A DNA stretch of 64,000 nucleotides from Lama guanicoe (GCA_013239625.1 MU053934.1:2808399-2872398), one strand, 5' to 3'. Numbered from the stretch's first letter, positions 27,441 through 41,070 are shown. Numbers and translations are program-made. The notes: a model not told the origin generated them from the letters alone.

Positions 27441-28329
27441 TTTAAAGCTCAAGATGGAGTCCTGCCTGTCCCGCTCACCCTACCTGCCATGCCCTCACCC
27501 CAGCTGACTTCCTAACCTTGCACCTGGTACTCCTGGGTGCCAGGCCTTGGGCTCCCTGATGACAGCCTGCCCCTCAGAAGAAATTGGCTTTCCCTGTCAC
27601 TATAATCAGCCAGGGATGAAGAAGCCCTGACCCTGGGCAACTGCTGCTCGCCACTAATTTACTCAAAGCCTCTTAGCTCTGAACTCCACTACCCAGAGAT
27701 CTTGTGAAACACTCAGAAGGGAGTGTGATTTCTCACGCAGGGATTTTCTTATATCTCATCATGCAAGGGCAGTTGTTTTATCAGTCTCTGCACAGATGAA
27801 ACGCTGACAGTCTCTTATCTTTCTCATGACTCCAAACCACACAGTTGAGTTTCTGGTATCCCCTTCACTGCCTTGGCCTACCCTCGAAAAATAGCAGGTG
27901 GTTTCATGCTTGGGGGTCGGGGCCTCTTATGCAGTTCCCCATTTTAGACTCAGGTGCCCCTGCCAGTGAGAAGATGTGTGTTGGGTGCTTCTCTGGCCTT
28001 GGAAGAGCTAGTGATCCAGGGCAAAGCCATTGAGATGGTCCAGGGAGGGCAGCGGGAGGAGGGAATGAAGTCACTGGAACTCAAAACACAAATTCTCCGA
28101 CCCCATGTGGCCACCCAGCTCCCCCTGCCAGAGAAACCAAGTCCAACCACAAGCCCTGAAAGAATGATTTCTGTGTGCAGGCCTCAGCTCTGGCCGAGAG
28201 CAACCGCCCTCGGAGGGCTCATCTCCCCCGAGACCTACTCCTGCTTCCCATCCACCCACCCAGATATACTGAGAAACGCCTGGTGCCACCCCTCTCAGCC
28301 CCGTAGTGTTACATGATGATGTCATCCCA

Positions 28330-28995
28330 GACCCTGTGATCCTATCCTTTAAATGTGTCTAGAATCCTCTCAACCTTCTCTCCCCAGTATCACCACGAGA
28401 GAGTCCCAATTGGCATCATCTTCTTCCCGACGAGTTCCTGCCCAGTGGTGCCCCGATCTCCAGTCTTCTCAGCCTAGCTGCCTGAATCACCTGTTCCGAA
28501 AGCAAATCTGATCATATCCCTCCTCTGCTCGAAATTCCTAGAGATTCTTAGTGTCTGGAGGATAAGCCCCAAATTCTTACTGTGGCCCAACAGCATCCTC
28601 AGAACCTGAGCGGTCACTGTATCTCACTCTCCTCACATCCCCTACTCTTCCTGGCTCCCCAGATATCTCATACTCTCTTAGGGAGATTGTCGGATACTCT
28701 TCCCTCCCTAACCAACTCCTGCCCACCCTTCCGGTCTCCGCTCAAATGACACTTCCTCTGGGAGCGCATCCCCAAATCTCCAGGCTAGATCAGGCAGCCA
28801 TGCAATTTGCCTGCTATAGCAGTTAAACTCTTCCTTTTACAAAGCTTCAAAAGGTCCATTGTACATTCCTTGTTATCTCTGTCCTGCACAGAACTTTGAA
28901 CTTCACAGAGGCAGGACCACGGCTGTTTGGTTCACAGCTCTGTTCTCAAAGCCTGCACCACATCCCAAGCACTGTAGGAGCTTAATCTATTGTTG
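28330..28995 (+). mobile_element. L2 LINE 3' fragment
   Basis: gcaaatctgatcat.tcc...ctcaaatgacacttcctctggga...gcaggaccac.gctgtttggttcac motifs. Confidence 0.6.
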
Positions 28996-29519
28996 AGTTA
29001 GGGTTGCATTCATCTGCAATGATTTAATTTCTTTCACAGAATAGATGTGAAAGTGAGGGGGATTCCAGCGTTGGTTCATTGCCTTGATAATGTCAGGTCC
29101 AGTGTATGGTTCGTTCTCTTGGCTTTTCCCTCTTTCCTGTTGGTCCATGGCTGGAAGATAGCTGTGCTCCAGGCTTCAAACCCATGTTCAAGGACAGAGG
29201 AGGGGGAAGAAGGGAGGGCAAAAAGCCATCTCCTCACAAGCCTATGTCTTTTTATTTGTGAAAAAGAGCTCTCTCCAGCAGACTACCCTTGTTGTTCTGG
29301 TTAAAACAGGTCAGACGTTCATCCTTAGGCCAATCACTGCCCAAGCAGAAGAGGTTTCCAAAACTTCTTTATTCAGTCGTGACTCTTTTTTTAAAAAATT
29401 GTGTTTCTTTTTGTGGATTGCAATAAAGACCCATTTTCTCTGAGCCCAAGGGATCTCCCCAACACCTGAAAAACCATGGTTCTGTTAGAAGAGGAGGTGG
29501 GGGTGAGGAGGAATACATA

Positions 29520-29886
29520 AACTATTGCTGTGTATTGAATTATCCCAAAGCTCAACAATTTAAAACAATAAACATCGTCTCACATAGTTTTTGAGAGTCA
29601 AGAATATGGGAGCAGCTTAGCAAGGTGGTTCTGGCTCCGAATCTCTCATGAAGTTTTAGTCAAGCTGTCAGTTGGGCTGTTATCATCTGAAGGCTGGACT
29701 GGGGCTGGAGGATCTGCTTTCAAGATCCCTCCATGTTGGTTGGCAAAAGACTTCAGTTCCTTGTTATGTGGGCTTCTCCATAGCGTTGCTCATGACATGG
29801 CAGTTGGCTTCTCCAGAGTGAGTGATCTGGGCAAGAGGGTTGGGAGGGAGGGAAGGAAGAAAGGAGGAAGAGAGAGAGAGAGAGAT

Positions 29887-29921
<35 letters not shown>

Positions 29922-30105
29922 AAGAGAGAGTGAGCCATGATGGAAGCTGCAGTGTCTTTCATAAACTAATATCAGAAACGGTATACTAACTTTTGCTCTT
30001 TTGGTCACTCAGACCAAGCCTGGCTCTATTCTACTGGTCACTGTATGAATATGAATCAGGAGATGGGAATCATTGGGGTGATCTTAGAGGCAGCTAACAC
30101 AAACC
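29520..30105 (-). mobile_element. MaLR MLT1F-like LTR containing a (GA)n microsatellite
   Basis: gagcagcttagc..ggtggttctggctc...ggctggactggggctggaggatctgcttt; (GA)n at about 29870-29920. Confidence 0.7.
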
Positions 30106-30245
30106 CGTAGAGTAGACAGCAGACCCTGGCTGCCATAGTGCACATTTGTTTAGTTGAACTGAGTTGACATGAAGGAAATGAGTTGAAATTACAAGTTCCT
30201 GTTTACAAGTTGAAGAGGAGGAAGAGGATAAGAAAGCTTACACTA

Positions 30246-30391
30246 GGCTATAGCTCAGTGGTAGAGTGTGTGCTTAGCATGGATGAGGTCCTTGGGTTCA
30301 ATCCTCATTAAGTCCATTAAAATAAATAAATGAACCTAATTACCTCCCCACTCCCTGGGGCGGGGGGAGGAAAAACAGAAAAGAAAAAAGA
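30246..30391 (+). mobile_element. tRNA-Ala-derived SINE (Vic-1-like) with 16-bp TSD
   Basis: tatagctcagtggtagagtgtgtgcttagcat...; TSD aagaaagcttacacta at 30230-30245 and 30392-30407. Confidence 0.9.
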
Positions 30392-30709
30392 AAGAAAGCT
30401 TACACTAATTTCATGCCTACTGTATGCTAGCCATGCTGCATAGGTAATTCCATTGACTTTGCCCCACAGCGCTGTGACAGGTAGGTGGGGACATCGCCAT
30501 CATATGGATAAAAACACTAGAAGGCCAAATGTCAGCAGGCCTTCCCTGCATCTGACCCCGTCTAAAGCCATCCTAACCCACAGCTTGCTATTCTTCCGTG
30601 ATACTGGATTAGTTGATTCTGTTTGATTCTCTTTTGTGAACTTGAATGAAGGAGACTTGGTGAGAGAGTGAGGTTCTGGTAGTGAGAACAGAAGCTAAAA
30701 ACCACATTG

Positions 30710-32922
30710 TGGTGGACACCGACATAACACTGAGAACCATCCCCAGCAAGGAGGACTTATTACCCCAGGGCCTGGGGTGCTGTTGGCTCAGCTGGAAGCC
30801 CTTAAGGGATAGCTGTGGAGTTCCACCTTGCCCAAGGTCTTGTCCTTTCCCAGGGGAGTGGAGTTGGGGGTATATACAGTGACTAAAGGATGCAGCATGA
30901 AGGCTTGGCTATCTTGGTCAGACTCCAGGCAACTGTGAAGGAACATTCTAGCACCTATGGGATCAGCCAGAGCATTTGTAGTCCTGAATCACAGTTCAAC
31001 TTCTCCGTCTGCTTAGTCCTTCTCCCATCCCCTCCCTTCCACAGTCTTTGATTCCAAGGGCACTCTTGATTAAACATCCTGTATGCTAAACTGTCTCAGA
31101 GCCTACTTCCTGGGAAACCTGACCCGTAACACTCAGTGGCAGGAATGGTTCAAGACAGCAGGCACAAAGGTGAGGTTTTGGATCTGCCCAGCTGGCAGGG
31201 AGACCCCATCACTGGTGACAGACAACACAAATACCATCCAGCACAAAGTAGCAGTTCAATTGTTCACACTTTCACCAGTGGCAAATTGTGATTGCAGACA
31301 TTAATCTCACTCTTAAAGATCTTAAAGGATGCAGAGGTGGTGATCTGCATCATGACCCCACTTAATTCATCAGTTAATGGTCGCTGAAAAAAGCACACAA
31401 ATGGCAGGGGTCTACTACAAATTCTGCCAAGTAGCGGCAGCTCCAGTTGCAGCTGACATGTCAGATGGGTGTCCTTGAAAGAGTGGATGAACACGGCTTT
31501 AAGTCCATGGATTGTAGCCATTGATTTGATGAAAGTGTTATTTTTCCATCCAATCAGAAAAGAGGATCAGAAACAGCTCACACTGGCATCAGGTGGACAT
31601 AGCATACATTTACAGATTTTCTGTAGAGCTATGTTAACTCTCCCATCCTAGGTCATAAGATAAAAGACTTCTGGACTATCTGGACAGCCTGCAGAACATC
31701 ACATTGACTCACTGAGTCAATGACATCATACTCGTCAAACCAGATGAACAAGAAAAGGCGAGAATGTTAGAAGCTTGGATGTATCACACGTACCCCAGGG
31801 GACAGGAAATAAAACTTATGAAAATTCAGGGGTTTCCACTTCAGTAAAAATTTTAAGGGTTCAGTGGTCAAGGGAGCACTGGGACATTCCACTCAGAGTA
31901 AAGGACAAAGCATTGCATCTTGCACGTTCCACCACAAAGGAGAAAACCCACTGCTGGGTGGGCTTCTGCAGAGCTCGTTCTCAACCTGGGAATACTTCTC
32001 TGACCCACGTACTGGGCCACGTTAAAGGCTGCCAGAGTTGAGAGGGAGCCAGGGGTGGGAAGGGCTCTGTGACAGGGCTGAGATACTGTGAAGCAGCCCT
32101 GCCCCTTGGGCCATGTTGCTCAGCAGAATGTGTGATATGAGGACATCAGGGGTGGGAAAAGATGCCACACGGCAAGATCCAGTGGGGGGACCACAACGGA
32201 GACTCTTGGAGCCCTGAGGCAAGGCTATGCCTTCTGCAGTGGAGAATTGTGCACCTTTTGGAAAATAATCCTTTGCATGCCACGGGGTCCTAGTAGAGAC
32301 ACAATGCTTGATTATGGGACACCCTATGACCACATGAGCACAAGTGGCCATCATGAATTGGGTTCTGTCCAATGCACCAAGTCATAATGCCGGGCAGGCC
32401 TGGAGTATCACATCATCAGATGGAAGTGGTCCACCTGGGATCAAGCATGAACAGGATGCCTTTCTGCACTGATGCCTCTCCCTTAGCTCATGCTTAGACT
32501 GCATAGGGTGGGAGGGTTCCTTAGGATAAGCCAACAGGGAGAGAAAAGGCTAAGCTTGGTTCAAATGTGGGTCAGCTGGGTTTGTGGGTGCCAGCAGAAA
32601 GGGCATGACAGTCACACGGCTGTCCCAGGTAGGAGTGGTGTTGAAAGACAGTGGCATGAAACATCTTCCCAATGAGCAGTATGGGGCAGAACATTTGACC
32701 ATCTACTTTGTACGGAAGGGAAACTGGATCGAGGTTAGCATAAATATAGACTCATGTGCAGACTGTGGTTGGGTCTACATCACAGCCCAGCTGGTGCTGC
32801 TAGCCCTACTTCCTCTCCTTCCTTCTTCCAGGTTTTGATCCCAAGAACACATCTTAATAAACACCAACGACACGCTAAACTCCATCTCAGAGTCTGCCTA
32901 ACAGGGACCCCAGCCTGTGACA
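30710..32922 (+). mobile_element. ERVL-class proviral relic: LTR16-like 5' LTR (about 30710-31130), pol remnant, partial 3' LTR (about 32775-32922)
   Basis: ORF 31469-31651 contains WIVAIDL...FFHPIRKEDQKQ, similar to the ERVL RT WYAAIDL..AFFSIPI..E.QKQF motif. The two LTR ends share ttgat.ccaag..cac.ctt.at.aac...gctaaact...tctcagag.ct.c. Confidence 0.75.
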
Positions 32923-33165
32923 TAGAGAGAGAAAGCAGATGACAGGGACCCTGCAATGGAAGTGGCTGACAATGTAACCAGTCCCTACAGCTACGTCAAA
33001 TTCTCAGCCACCTGCAAGTCCCCAGCTACTTTCCCAGTTCTGCAAAGCTTGGGTCTGTGGGTTCCCGGGGATGCCCATCATCCCGCGTGGGGCAGAGACT
33101 GCCCATTGCCTCCAGTGTCTGTACTTCCCTTTTCCTAATAAAAGAATGTGTACGGGACACATAGC

Positions 33166-33628
33166 ATAGTGGGTTGAATGATGGCTCTCCCAAAAGATAT
33201 GTTCACATCCCAACCCCTAAAACCTATGATTGTGACCTTACTTGGAAAGAGCCTTTGTAAATGTAATTAAGTTAAGGATCTTGCTATGAGACCATCCTGG
33301 ATTATCCAAGTGACCTCTAAACCCAATGACAAGTGTCTTCATAAGAAGAAGGCAGAAGGTAGACACAGAGAGAAGGAGGCAAGACCATATGAAGACAGAG
33401 GCAGAGATTAGAGTTTTACAGCCATGAGCCACAGAATGCTTGGAGCCACTAGGAGCTGGAAGAAACAAGGATGGATCCTCCTGAGACCCTCCAGAGGGAG
33501 CATAGCCCTAGGACACGACAATTTTGGACTTTGGCTCCTGAAACTGTCAGAGGAAAGAAAGATTTCTGTTGCCTTAAGCCACTAAGTTTGCGCTAATTTG
33601 TTACTGCAGCTCCAAGAACTGATATACA
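33166..33628 (+). mobile_element. MaLR MLT1C-like solo LTR
   Basis: gggttgaat.atggc.c.cccaaaagatatgt...gtgaccttacttggaaa...taagccactaagtttg...ctgatataca. Confidence 0.85.
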
Positions 33629-35314
33629 CGGTTTTTGTGAATAAAGACCGAGTTTCCCAGTTTCCCTCGCAGCTGAGTGTGTCCACAGGACAAAGCCCCA
33701 TCCGTGGGAACAGGCGAGGTGATGTGTGCCTCTCCCAAACTCTGCTTCTATTGGATGAGGCAACTTTGAGACTCTTAGAATTCAGGAAGAGGACAAAACA
33801 CACCTGCAGAGGAATGCTCCCAGGAAGGGCAGTAAACCAGCTGTTCCCAAATTGGTGTCCAAGACCAAGCTCTCACCAGTCTGAAGGGTAATGAGGAAAA
33901 TTCAAACAATTGTATTTAGTTTATAAGACTATTATGTATTCTGAGATTATATCTTTTCCTTTAAAATATACCAACATTCTTTCTCTGGTGAAGTCAACAA
34001 TGGTAGATGGTGTGGTGACTGGTTTTGACATTTTTATCCCATAGTTTCTTTACCGAACATTCTAGAAAGGGAACTAGAAGAAAGATTAGCATCCCCAATG
34101 GAAGAATTGGTAATTGGTGGCAAGTTACATGAGCAGTCTTGAAAAAAAAGAACTGACTGACCTACAGTGGCTTTTTAAGATTTCTTTACTCACTCAGCAC
34201 CATCTCTCCACCCAAATGTTGGCAACACTACGGTGGTCACTATAATAATTTGGGGGAAACTGGGGTGGGAAATATTATCAATGTGTGACTTTGCAAAGTT
34301 TGAGACCTTTGAGGTGGAGCACAACGTAGGGCAGATGCCAAGGGCCCAACACCATCTTATTCAAAGAATTCATGGCTCATGTTTCTGTGAGGATTAAAGA
34401 TGGAGCAAGATGTCTGGGTGTGAAATTCAGAAGGCTTCATGGAGAAATGAAATGAATTTGAAATGGGTTTTTAAGGAAGAATAGAATTTATATTTTTTGT
34501 AAATATCTTGAATAGGTAATACAATCAAAAATTAAAATGTATAAAACGATATTCAATGAAGGTTCTCACTTGATCCCATTACAGTCTCCCTCCCACCCAA
34601 GGTGATCCTTAAAAACTGAGGTTTATGGTAATTTTTAAATTATAAAAGTAGTGCATCCCCACAGTAAAAATTTGGAAATGTCCATCTAGTTAATATCTTT
34701 CTACCTCTCTACCCGTCTACCCACCTCCCTACTCATTCCATTTTCCCTTGGAGGGGAGAGAGATTTTGTTTCACATCTGTTTTGGAGATGTGGGAACCCT
34801 GGAGTATTATCCATGCCTCCACATGACACTACCGTGGCCACAAGGTCATGCTGGCTCCCAAGGCTCAGAAGGTGAATTTGCAACCCAGTGCTCTCTCCTT
34901 TCAGGGAGGAAAGCCTGGGAAAAGGGGGGCTATCTGGGATCATACTGAAGTGCATGGCAGGCTTATGATGCTGCCAACTTGTGAAGTCCTATCTAGGTTC
35001 TCAGCTGGACATATTAAGTGATCGAGGAAAAGATGCCAAATTCCTTTCAGACCCACAGTTACTTCCTCGTAACTTCTTGGCTGCCAGTACAGAACTGAAA
35101 ATTCCTGTTGTTTTTAGATTGCGAAAGGATGATGATCACAGATCACAACTACTATCTCATCACAGTGTTTATTACTGATCAGCTCAGACATTATGCAAAA
35201 TAGCTGAGTGCATGAAAAACTTCAGATGCTAGAATCTCTTCGGGATTATAAAGTAATACACAGAATTTCAGGGAAATTTTTTCAAAACATTCAAGTTAAA
35301 AAATGGTGTCCCTT

Positions 35315-35574
35315 CAAATGAACTTATCTACAAAAGAGAAACAGACTCACAGACATAGAGAACAAACTTATGGTTACCAGGGGGTCAAGGGGGTGGGAAG
35401 GGATAAACTGGGAATTCGAAAATTCCACCTCTTGGGGAGTGATGGAAATGTTAGCTATCTTGATTGTGGTGGTGGTTTCATGGGTGTACACATCTATCAA
35501 AATTCATCAAATTGTACATCTGAAATATGCGTAGTTTACTGTATAGGAACCATACCACAATAAAGGTATTCTTT
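35315..35574 (+). mobile_element. TSD-flanked composite L1-derived insertion (two different L1 3' segments)
   Basis: 19-nt direct repeat ttaaaaaatggtgtccctt at 35296-35314 and 35575-35593. Confidence 0.8.
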
Positions 35575-36120
35575 TTAAAAAATGGTGTCCCTTAAGTGGA
35601 CGTTGGCCAGCAGTAGTGCCCCACAGCACCCTTTGCACAAGGCTGTGTGGGGAGGCAGAGCTGCTCGAGGTCGGAGGCTCACAAAGGGGGTTGCATCTGA
35701 GCACTGGACATGAAACACCAAAATGTAGGGGGGAGGTATGTGGTATTGATCAAAGGCAGCAATCAATGATATAAAGCAAGAAAAAACATCAAGGAATTAA
35801 ATAGGTAAATTCAGTGGCGTAGGCTAAACAGGTTTAAATTAAGGAGTTTAAGTCATGCCCTTGCTCTGCAGTCAGATCTTGGGGCAAAAAAATGTGAAAT
35901 GAGGCCAACAAACAAGCAGTCACTAAGGATGGGCTGATATTCTTCTGCCCTATAGAGTGAGAGACCCTGGAGCAGAGTTCCAGCCTGGCCAGATCGGATC
36001 AGGAAACCCACTCAGGGCCTCCACACTGGCTGCCCTGCCGGTGGTAACGGCATTATAAAGAGGAAAGTTAAACACATATGACAGAGACAGTAGTCAAGGG
36101 GAGGCACCATCTGGCCTCGG

Positions 36121-36275
36121 TCGTTACTCCTCAAGCTTTGATGAGCACAGACATCACCTGGAAATCTTGCTTAAAAACATATTCTTGTTCACTGGGTCTG
36201 TAGTGAGGCCTCCCATCCTACTTTTCTGACAAGATGCCGAGAGATGCTGAGGTACCACACTGTGAATTGCAAGAA
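36121..36275. mobile_element. MER5A-like hAT MITE
   Basis: ctcaagcttt.a...gca.cagacatcacctgga.atcttg.ttaaaa...ccacactgtga.ttgcaag. Confidence 0.55.
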
Positions 36276-39200
36276 CCTGGTTGGCATCACCCTGTAGGAA
36301 GATCTGGGAGGGTTTGTAGAGCAAAGAAGGATGCCATGAAGGGGAAAGAATATATAGAATGCAAAATGGTGCAGCGGTGAGGGCCCGCTCAGCTGCAAGC
36401 AACTAAAAAACCACTGAAATTAACTGGGGTTTAAAACACAGTGCCTGGAGGTGGGACAGCACCATGTGAGTCAATGCAGGATCTCAACCTCATCATGAAC
36501 CCATGTGCTTCCCCTCCTTCTGCTCCAACAGCTCTTTCTAATGATGGCTGGGGTGGCTCTAGATGTCACAGGCAGAGGACAATGTTCAGAGATAGGAATG
36601 ACATCTTTCCTTACAAGGAAATGTTTCCCTTCGGGACTCAATGGTCAGATTGGGTGCAAATGCCTCTTCTTAAGCCAACCTCTGCCAAAAGGAGAATTTA
36701 CCATGAGTAGCTCAGACTAATCAAATTCTGCTGGAGATAGGAATTTATCTTATATCCAAGATTTGATTATTCCAGTATCTTCGGTTCTTGGAAGTCAATA
36801 TCTATTGTTTGTTGTTTCTGTTTATTCTCAGCCATGGTGGCTAGTTTCCTTGTGAATATGGTTAATTATGGGCTTATGTGACTGGGTGGAGAGTCAACAT
36901 GGTTTGGCCAAAAAATGGTGTCTTCTACCAACAGTCAACTAGAGCTTGGTACCTGAGATGCATTTGAGGGTCATCTGTCCCATTGTTCCTCCTGGTCAAG
37001 CTGGTGTTTGTAACAAGTCACATGGTTCCATGTCCACACTGTCACACTTGCTCCTTCTCTCAGCATGGCTGCCTGGGGGGAAACGATGGAAAATATAAGC
37101 CCAGGAAAAGCAGAAAAGGATGTTCTTTCTTCTAATAGCCTCTGTTGGGGTTCACAGTAATCTAGGCAACCTGCCTTTACCATGATTTCAGGGTTAGAAG
37201 AAAACAGACCATCACCATCAAAAATGGCCATTCACACCACAAGGAGGTCTCACTGGTGGTCTCTCTCCTTGGGCTTCACTTGTGACTATATTTTCAGGGT
37301 CTCTGCACCCCACAACAAGCCTTCTCCTATTTCTCCTCTTATCCTAGACCTTGAGCTCTAACCCAAGCCCTCCACTGCCTTCTTCCTGCTCTGCCAGGAG
37401 TCCACCAGATTCCTGAAAATGAGTGATGCTGATCAAGTTTCTGGCAGGAGGGCAGGGGTATCACCTTCCCTAAACAACAAGGAGCCTATAGATCTCTCCA
37501 GAGCTCAGGGCTGAAACAGATTTGGGTTTCCCTGTGTGCATGTGGATGAAACACTCTTGGGAAAGTGGCTTGAGATGAGCTGAGAGCATGGATGGACCTT
37601 GGAAACACCATCACTTAAGGGTTGGCCAGAGATAAAAGAGATGACAAGGGAGAAATAGAAGATAGAAAAGTGCAGTGTCCTCAGGCCACGACACAGACAT
37701 GCGTCAGGCACTGACTGTCCAGCAGCATCCTAGCTCTGTTTCCGCAGTGCGTAAGGTGACCCTGGGCTCGGCAATGGGGAAATTGCCAGAAGCAGTGTTT
37801 ATGGAGCAGATTTCCCTGGGTTGAGGAGTAGGGGTGAGGCAAGAAGTGATGGCAGTAATTATAGACAAGACTCTAGATATGGCAAGAGTCCCCACTGCCC
37901 GCAGTGGTGGACTTGACCATGCCATTTAGTACTGCAACCTTCTCTCCCCTCGCCCACCCAACCCCTTTACCATGTGCTACCTATTTGTCCCATAGCATTT
38001 ATCTCCTTCCAAAATATTACCTGCCTCTATACTTCACTAATTTATGATGCTCCTTACTGATTGTGTATCTCCCCTGCGAGACTGAAAGAGTCCCAAAGAC
38101 AGAGACCCTTGTCAGTTTTGTTCACTGATACGTCCTAAGCGCCTAGAACAAAGGTTTGGCACCCAGGCACTGTTAAAAAAAAAAAAGGTTGAATGAATGA
38201 ATGAAGAGGGGAAGGACAGGTACTGAGAGCAATGCTGGGGCAAAGGGGGTTTTGTTTTTAAAGGGGCAGAAGCTTGATTATGTTTATGGCTTAGGAGACC
38301 TCTCAGTTTGAAAACAGAAGGGAGAAGTGGGAATTAATGACTCAAGGTCTTAGAAATGATGAGTTTGAGAGAATACTTAGAGAAAGGGGTCTGGTTCAGG
38401 GAAGCTGTGAGTGGTGACACGTCAGGCTGCGAGGGTAGGTTCATGGAGTGTCTTAAATAACTCTGTTGGGCTTGGAGTTAATGTCCTGGGTACTGGAAAC
38501 CCCAGGGTCGGTGCTCTTTTTGAGCAAGTTGGTGACAGATCACTCTGGTGAACACTCGGGGTCACAGTGTTGCAGTGTCTCAGGAGACACCATTCACAAT
38601 TCCATAGAGTACAATGGGAATGGTGCTTTCTGGAGCTGTGCAATATGGCAGCCCTGTGAGGAAGGGCTGGTGCTGAGAGGGGGTGCAAGCTAGGACTACT
38701 GGATAGGAAACTCTTGGGAGACATAAGAAGACTTGCCAGGGGGATGGCAGAGGGACAAGTAGAAAGTCACAAAAGGGTGAGTTTTTGCCAGAACAGAATC
38801 AACACAAAGTCAGATCTACTAGCAGGTGGGAAGGTAAGAAGGTCAGAAAATACGAAAGATAAACTGTTTATGGAAAGACCTTCAGGACAGGGGCTGGCTG
38901 TGCTGAGGAGATAATGAACTGGGGTTTTGGTAGTTGCAGTTGCTCAAGAAAAAAGAAGGAAGTCACTTAGATATCATACAATGTTTTGTTAAAAGTATGA
39001 TTGTAGATAAATCCCCAGACAAGACCCGTAAAGGGAATTTAGCACTTACCCAAAAAAAGGATGATTCCAAGAGTCTGTGACCTTTGAGATTGATGCAGGG
39101 AGGCCGCCTGTGTCCCACTGAGATCATCTTCTGGTACATTTACCTTTCTTATTTGATTCAGTCCCATCCTGTCCGCTCCATTCAGTTCAACTACACCCTA

Positions 39201-40167
39201 GTCCCTTCAGTAGACGTTAACTGTCTACAAGTCCTTGGCATCAGAGAGAAGAAAGAAATGGTATGGTCCCCTGCTCCTGACAAGCTGTCAGGCTAACAAA
39301 GGACAGAGAAATGCAGGCAACTATAATAAATTGTGGACAGTGCTAAAATGAAGGTTCTGCAGGGGACTGGGGGAGGGCAGAGGCAGGAGAAGGTAGGAAA
39401 GTGAAGTCTCCTCTCGCTCAGTTTCCTATGGATCTGGAGCAATGTTGAGCTCTGCTTGGTCATCTTTCTCCCCAGAGCCCCAGGAGCTGGAGTGTGCAGA
39501 GGGAGGAAAGGGTACAGAAAGCTCAGTATTTCACATTTGCTCCTGGGATCCCTTATTGTGCTCAGAGCCATCAGAGGTAGCATTGACCTCAACTCAGCCT
39601 CTAACCAGCTGTGACCTTGGGGTGCTGACTCCGAGCCTGGAAGTGGGCATGTGGACCCAGTCCTATGTGGAGAACCTCTTGACTGCTTGGTGCCCTCCTT
39701 AGCGAGCCAGGGACGATGAGTCCGAGAGCAAAAGCCCTCACCTCTAAGAAGCCTGCCCAGAGACCCTCTTCCTCTGCCTGGTAGAGCCTCCATAAATTCC
39801 AAGATGTCGCTCTGTGGGCATCTCCTCTGGGGAGCATCCTCTGACCTCCCAGGAGATGCGTCTCCGGCTTCCTGGTCCTTCCACCGTGAGTGGGAAGTCC
39901 TCACAGCGCTAGGAGGGAGAGGTTTGCACATCATCCTCCCTGGACTGTGAACTCCACGCAGCCAGGCTGCGGGTTCTACTCTTCTTCATTCCCTAGCACA
40001 CAGCACGTGTTCAGTGCTGACTGAATGTATGAATACAAGAATGAATGTTAAAATCTCATATACTCCTTCACTCCACAGAGCCACTGTCACTGGCCCTGAA
40101 AGGCTTCCCTGGCCTCCCTGGGCAGAAGTCACCTCTCTTTTCCGCATACTCTCATTGGATGCTCATG

Positions 40168-40362
40168 TATCCAGTCTTACATTTAGGTCTTTAATCCACT
40201 TTGAGTTTATTTTTGTATATGGTGTTACAGAATGTTCTAATTTCATTCTTTTGCATGTAGCTGTCCAGTTTTCCTAGATCCACTTATTGAAGAGACTGTC
40301 TTTTCTCCATTGTATATTCTTACCCACTTTGCTGTAGATTAATTCACTGTAAGTGTATGGGT
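40168..40362 (-). mobile_element. L1 ORF2 fragment
   Basis: catttaggtctttaatccactttgagtttatttttgtatatggtgt...ttattgaagagactgtcttttctccattg. Confidence 0.85.
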
Positions 40363-40709
40363 AAGTCATCAGATGCTCTTTGAATTTCTGCTGCGGAACA
40401 GGGGCGGGCAAAGGATTTTTTTTTTTTTTTATAAAGGACCAGGTAGTAAATATGGCTTTTCAGGCCACATGGTCTCTGTTACAACTCGACTTTACCATGG
40501 TAGCACAAAAAGGGTGGAATAATCAAGACACAGCCTCTGTTTCTTTAAATCATCTTTGTAAACTGACTATACTTCAATAAATAAATACACACACACACAT
40601 ATATATACAGGAAAAGAAGGAACACAGCCAGCCTCTGGAGACAGATGGACCTGTATTCAAATTCAAATTCCAGACTCCCTCCCTCCTTCTCTTCCTTTCC
40701 TTTCCTTCC

Positions 40710-41070
40710 TAGGGGCTGCCATCACCCCTAGGTACCAAAACTGGGTGGCTCAAAGTGACAGTCATTCACTGGCTCACAGTGCTAGAGACTTCAAGTCCAA
40801 AAGCAACGTGTGAACAGGACCAAGCTCCCTCTGTCGGCTCTAGGGGAGACTCCTGTCTCACCTTTTCCACTTTCCAGGGTTTACTGACAATCCTTGGTGC
40901 CCCTTTGCACGTAGGTCATCATGACAGATACATGGCTCTCTGCCCTCTGTGTGCGTGTCTCTGTGTCCACATTTCCCTTTTATAAGCACACCCATCATAT
41001 TGGATGAGGACCCACGCACCAATGACCCCATTTTCACTTTATTATTTGTGAAGACCCTACTTTCAAGCTC
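40710..41070 (-). mobile_element. MaLR MLT1-type LTR
   Basis: aactgggtggct.aaa...ggctctaggggaga.tcc...ttataag.acac.catcatattggat.agg.cccac. Confidence 0.7.

Noticed and set aside
39293..39934. 213-aa minus-strand ORF
   Set aside because: No recognisable domain, splice structure or promoter; it partly overlaps degenerate repeat-like DNA.
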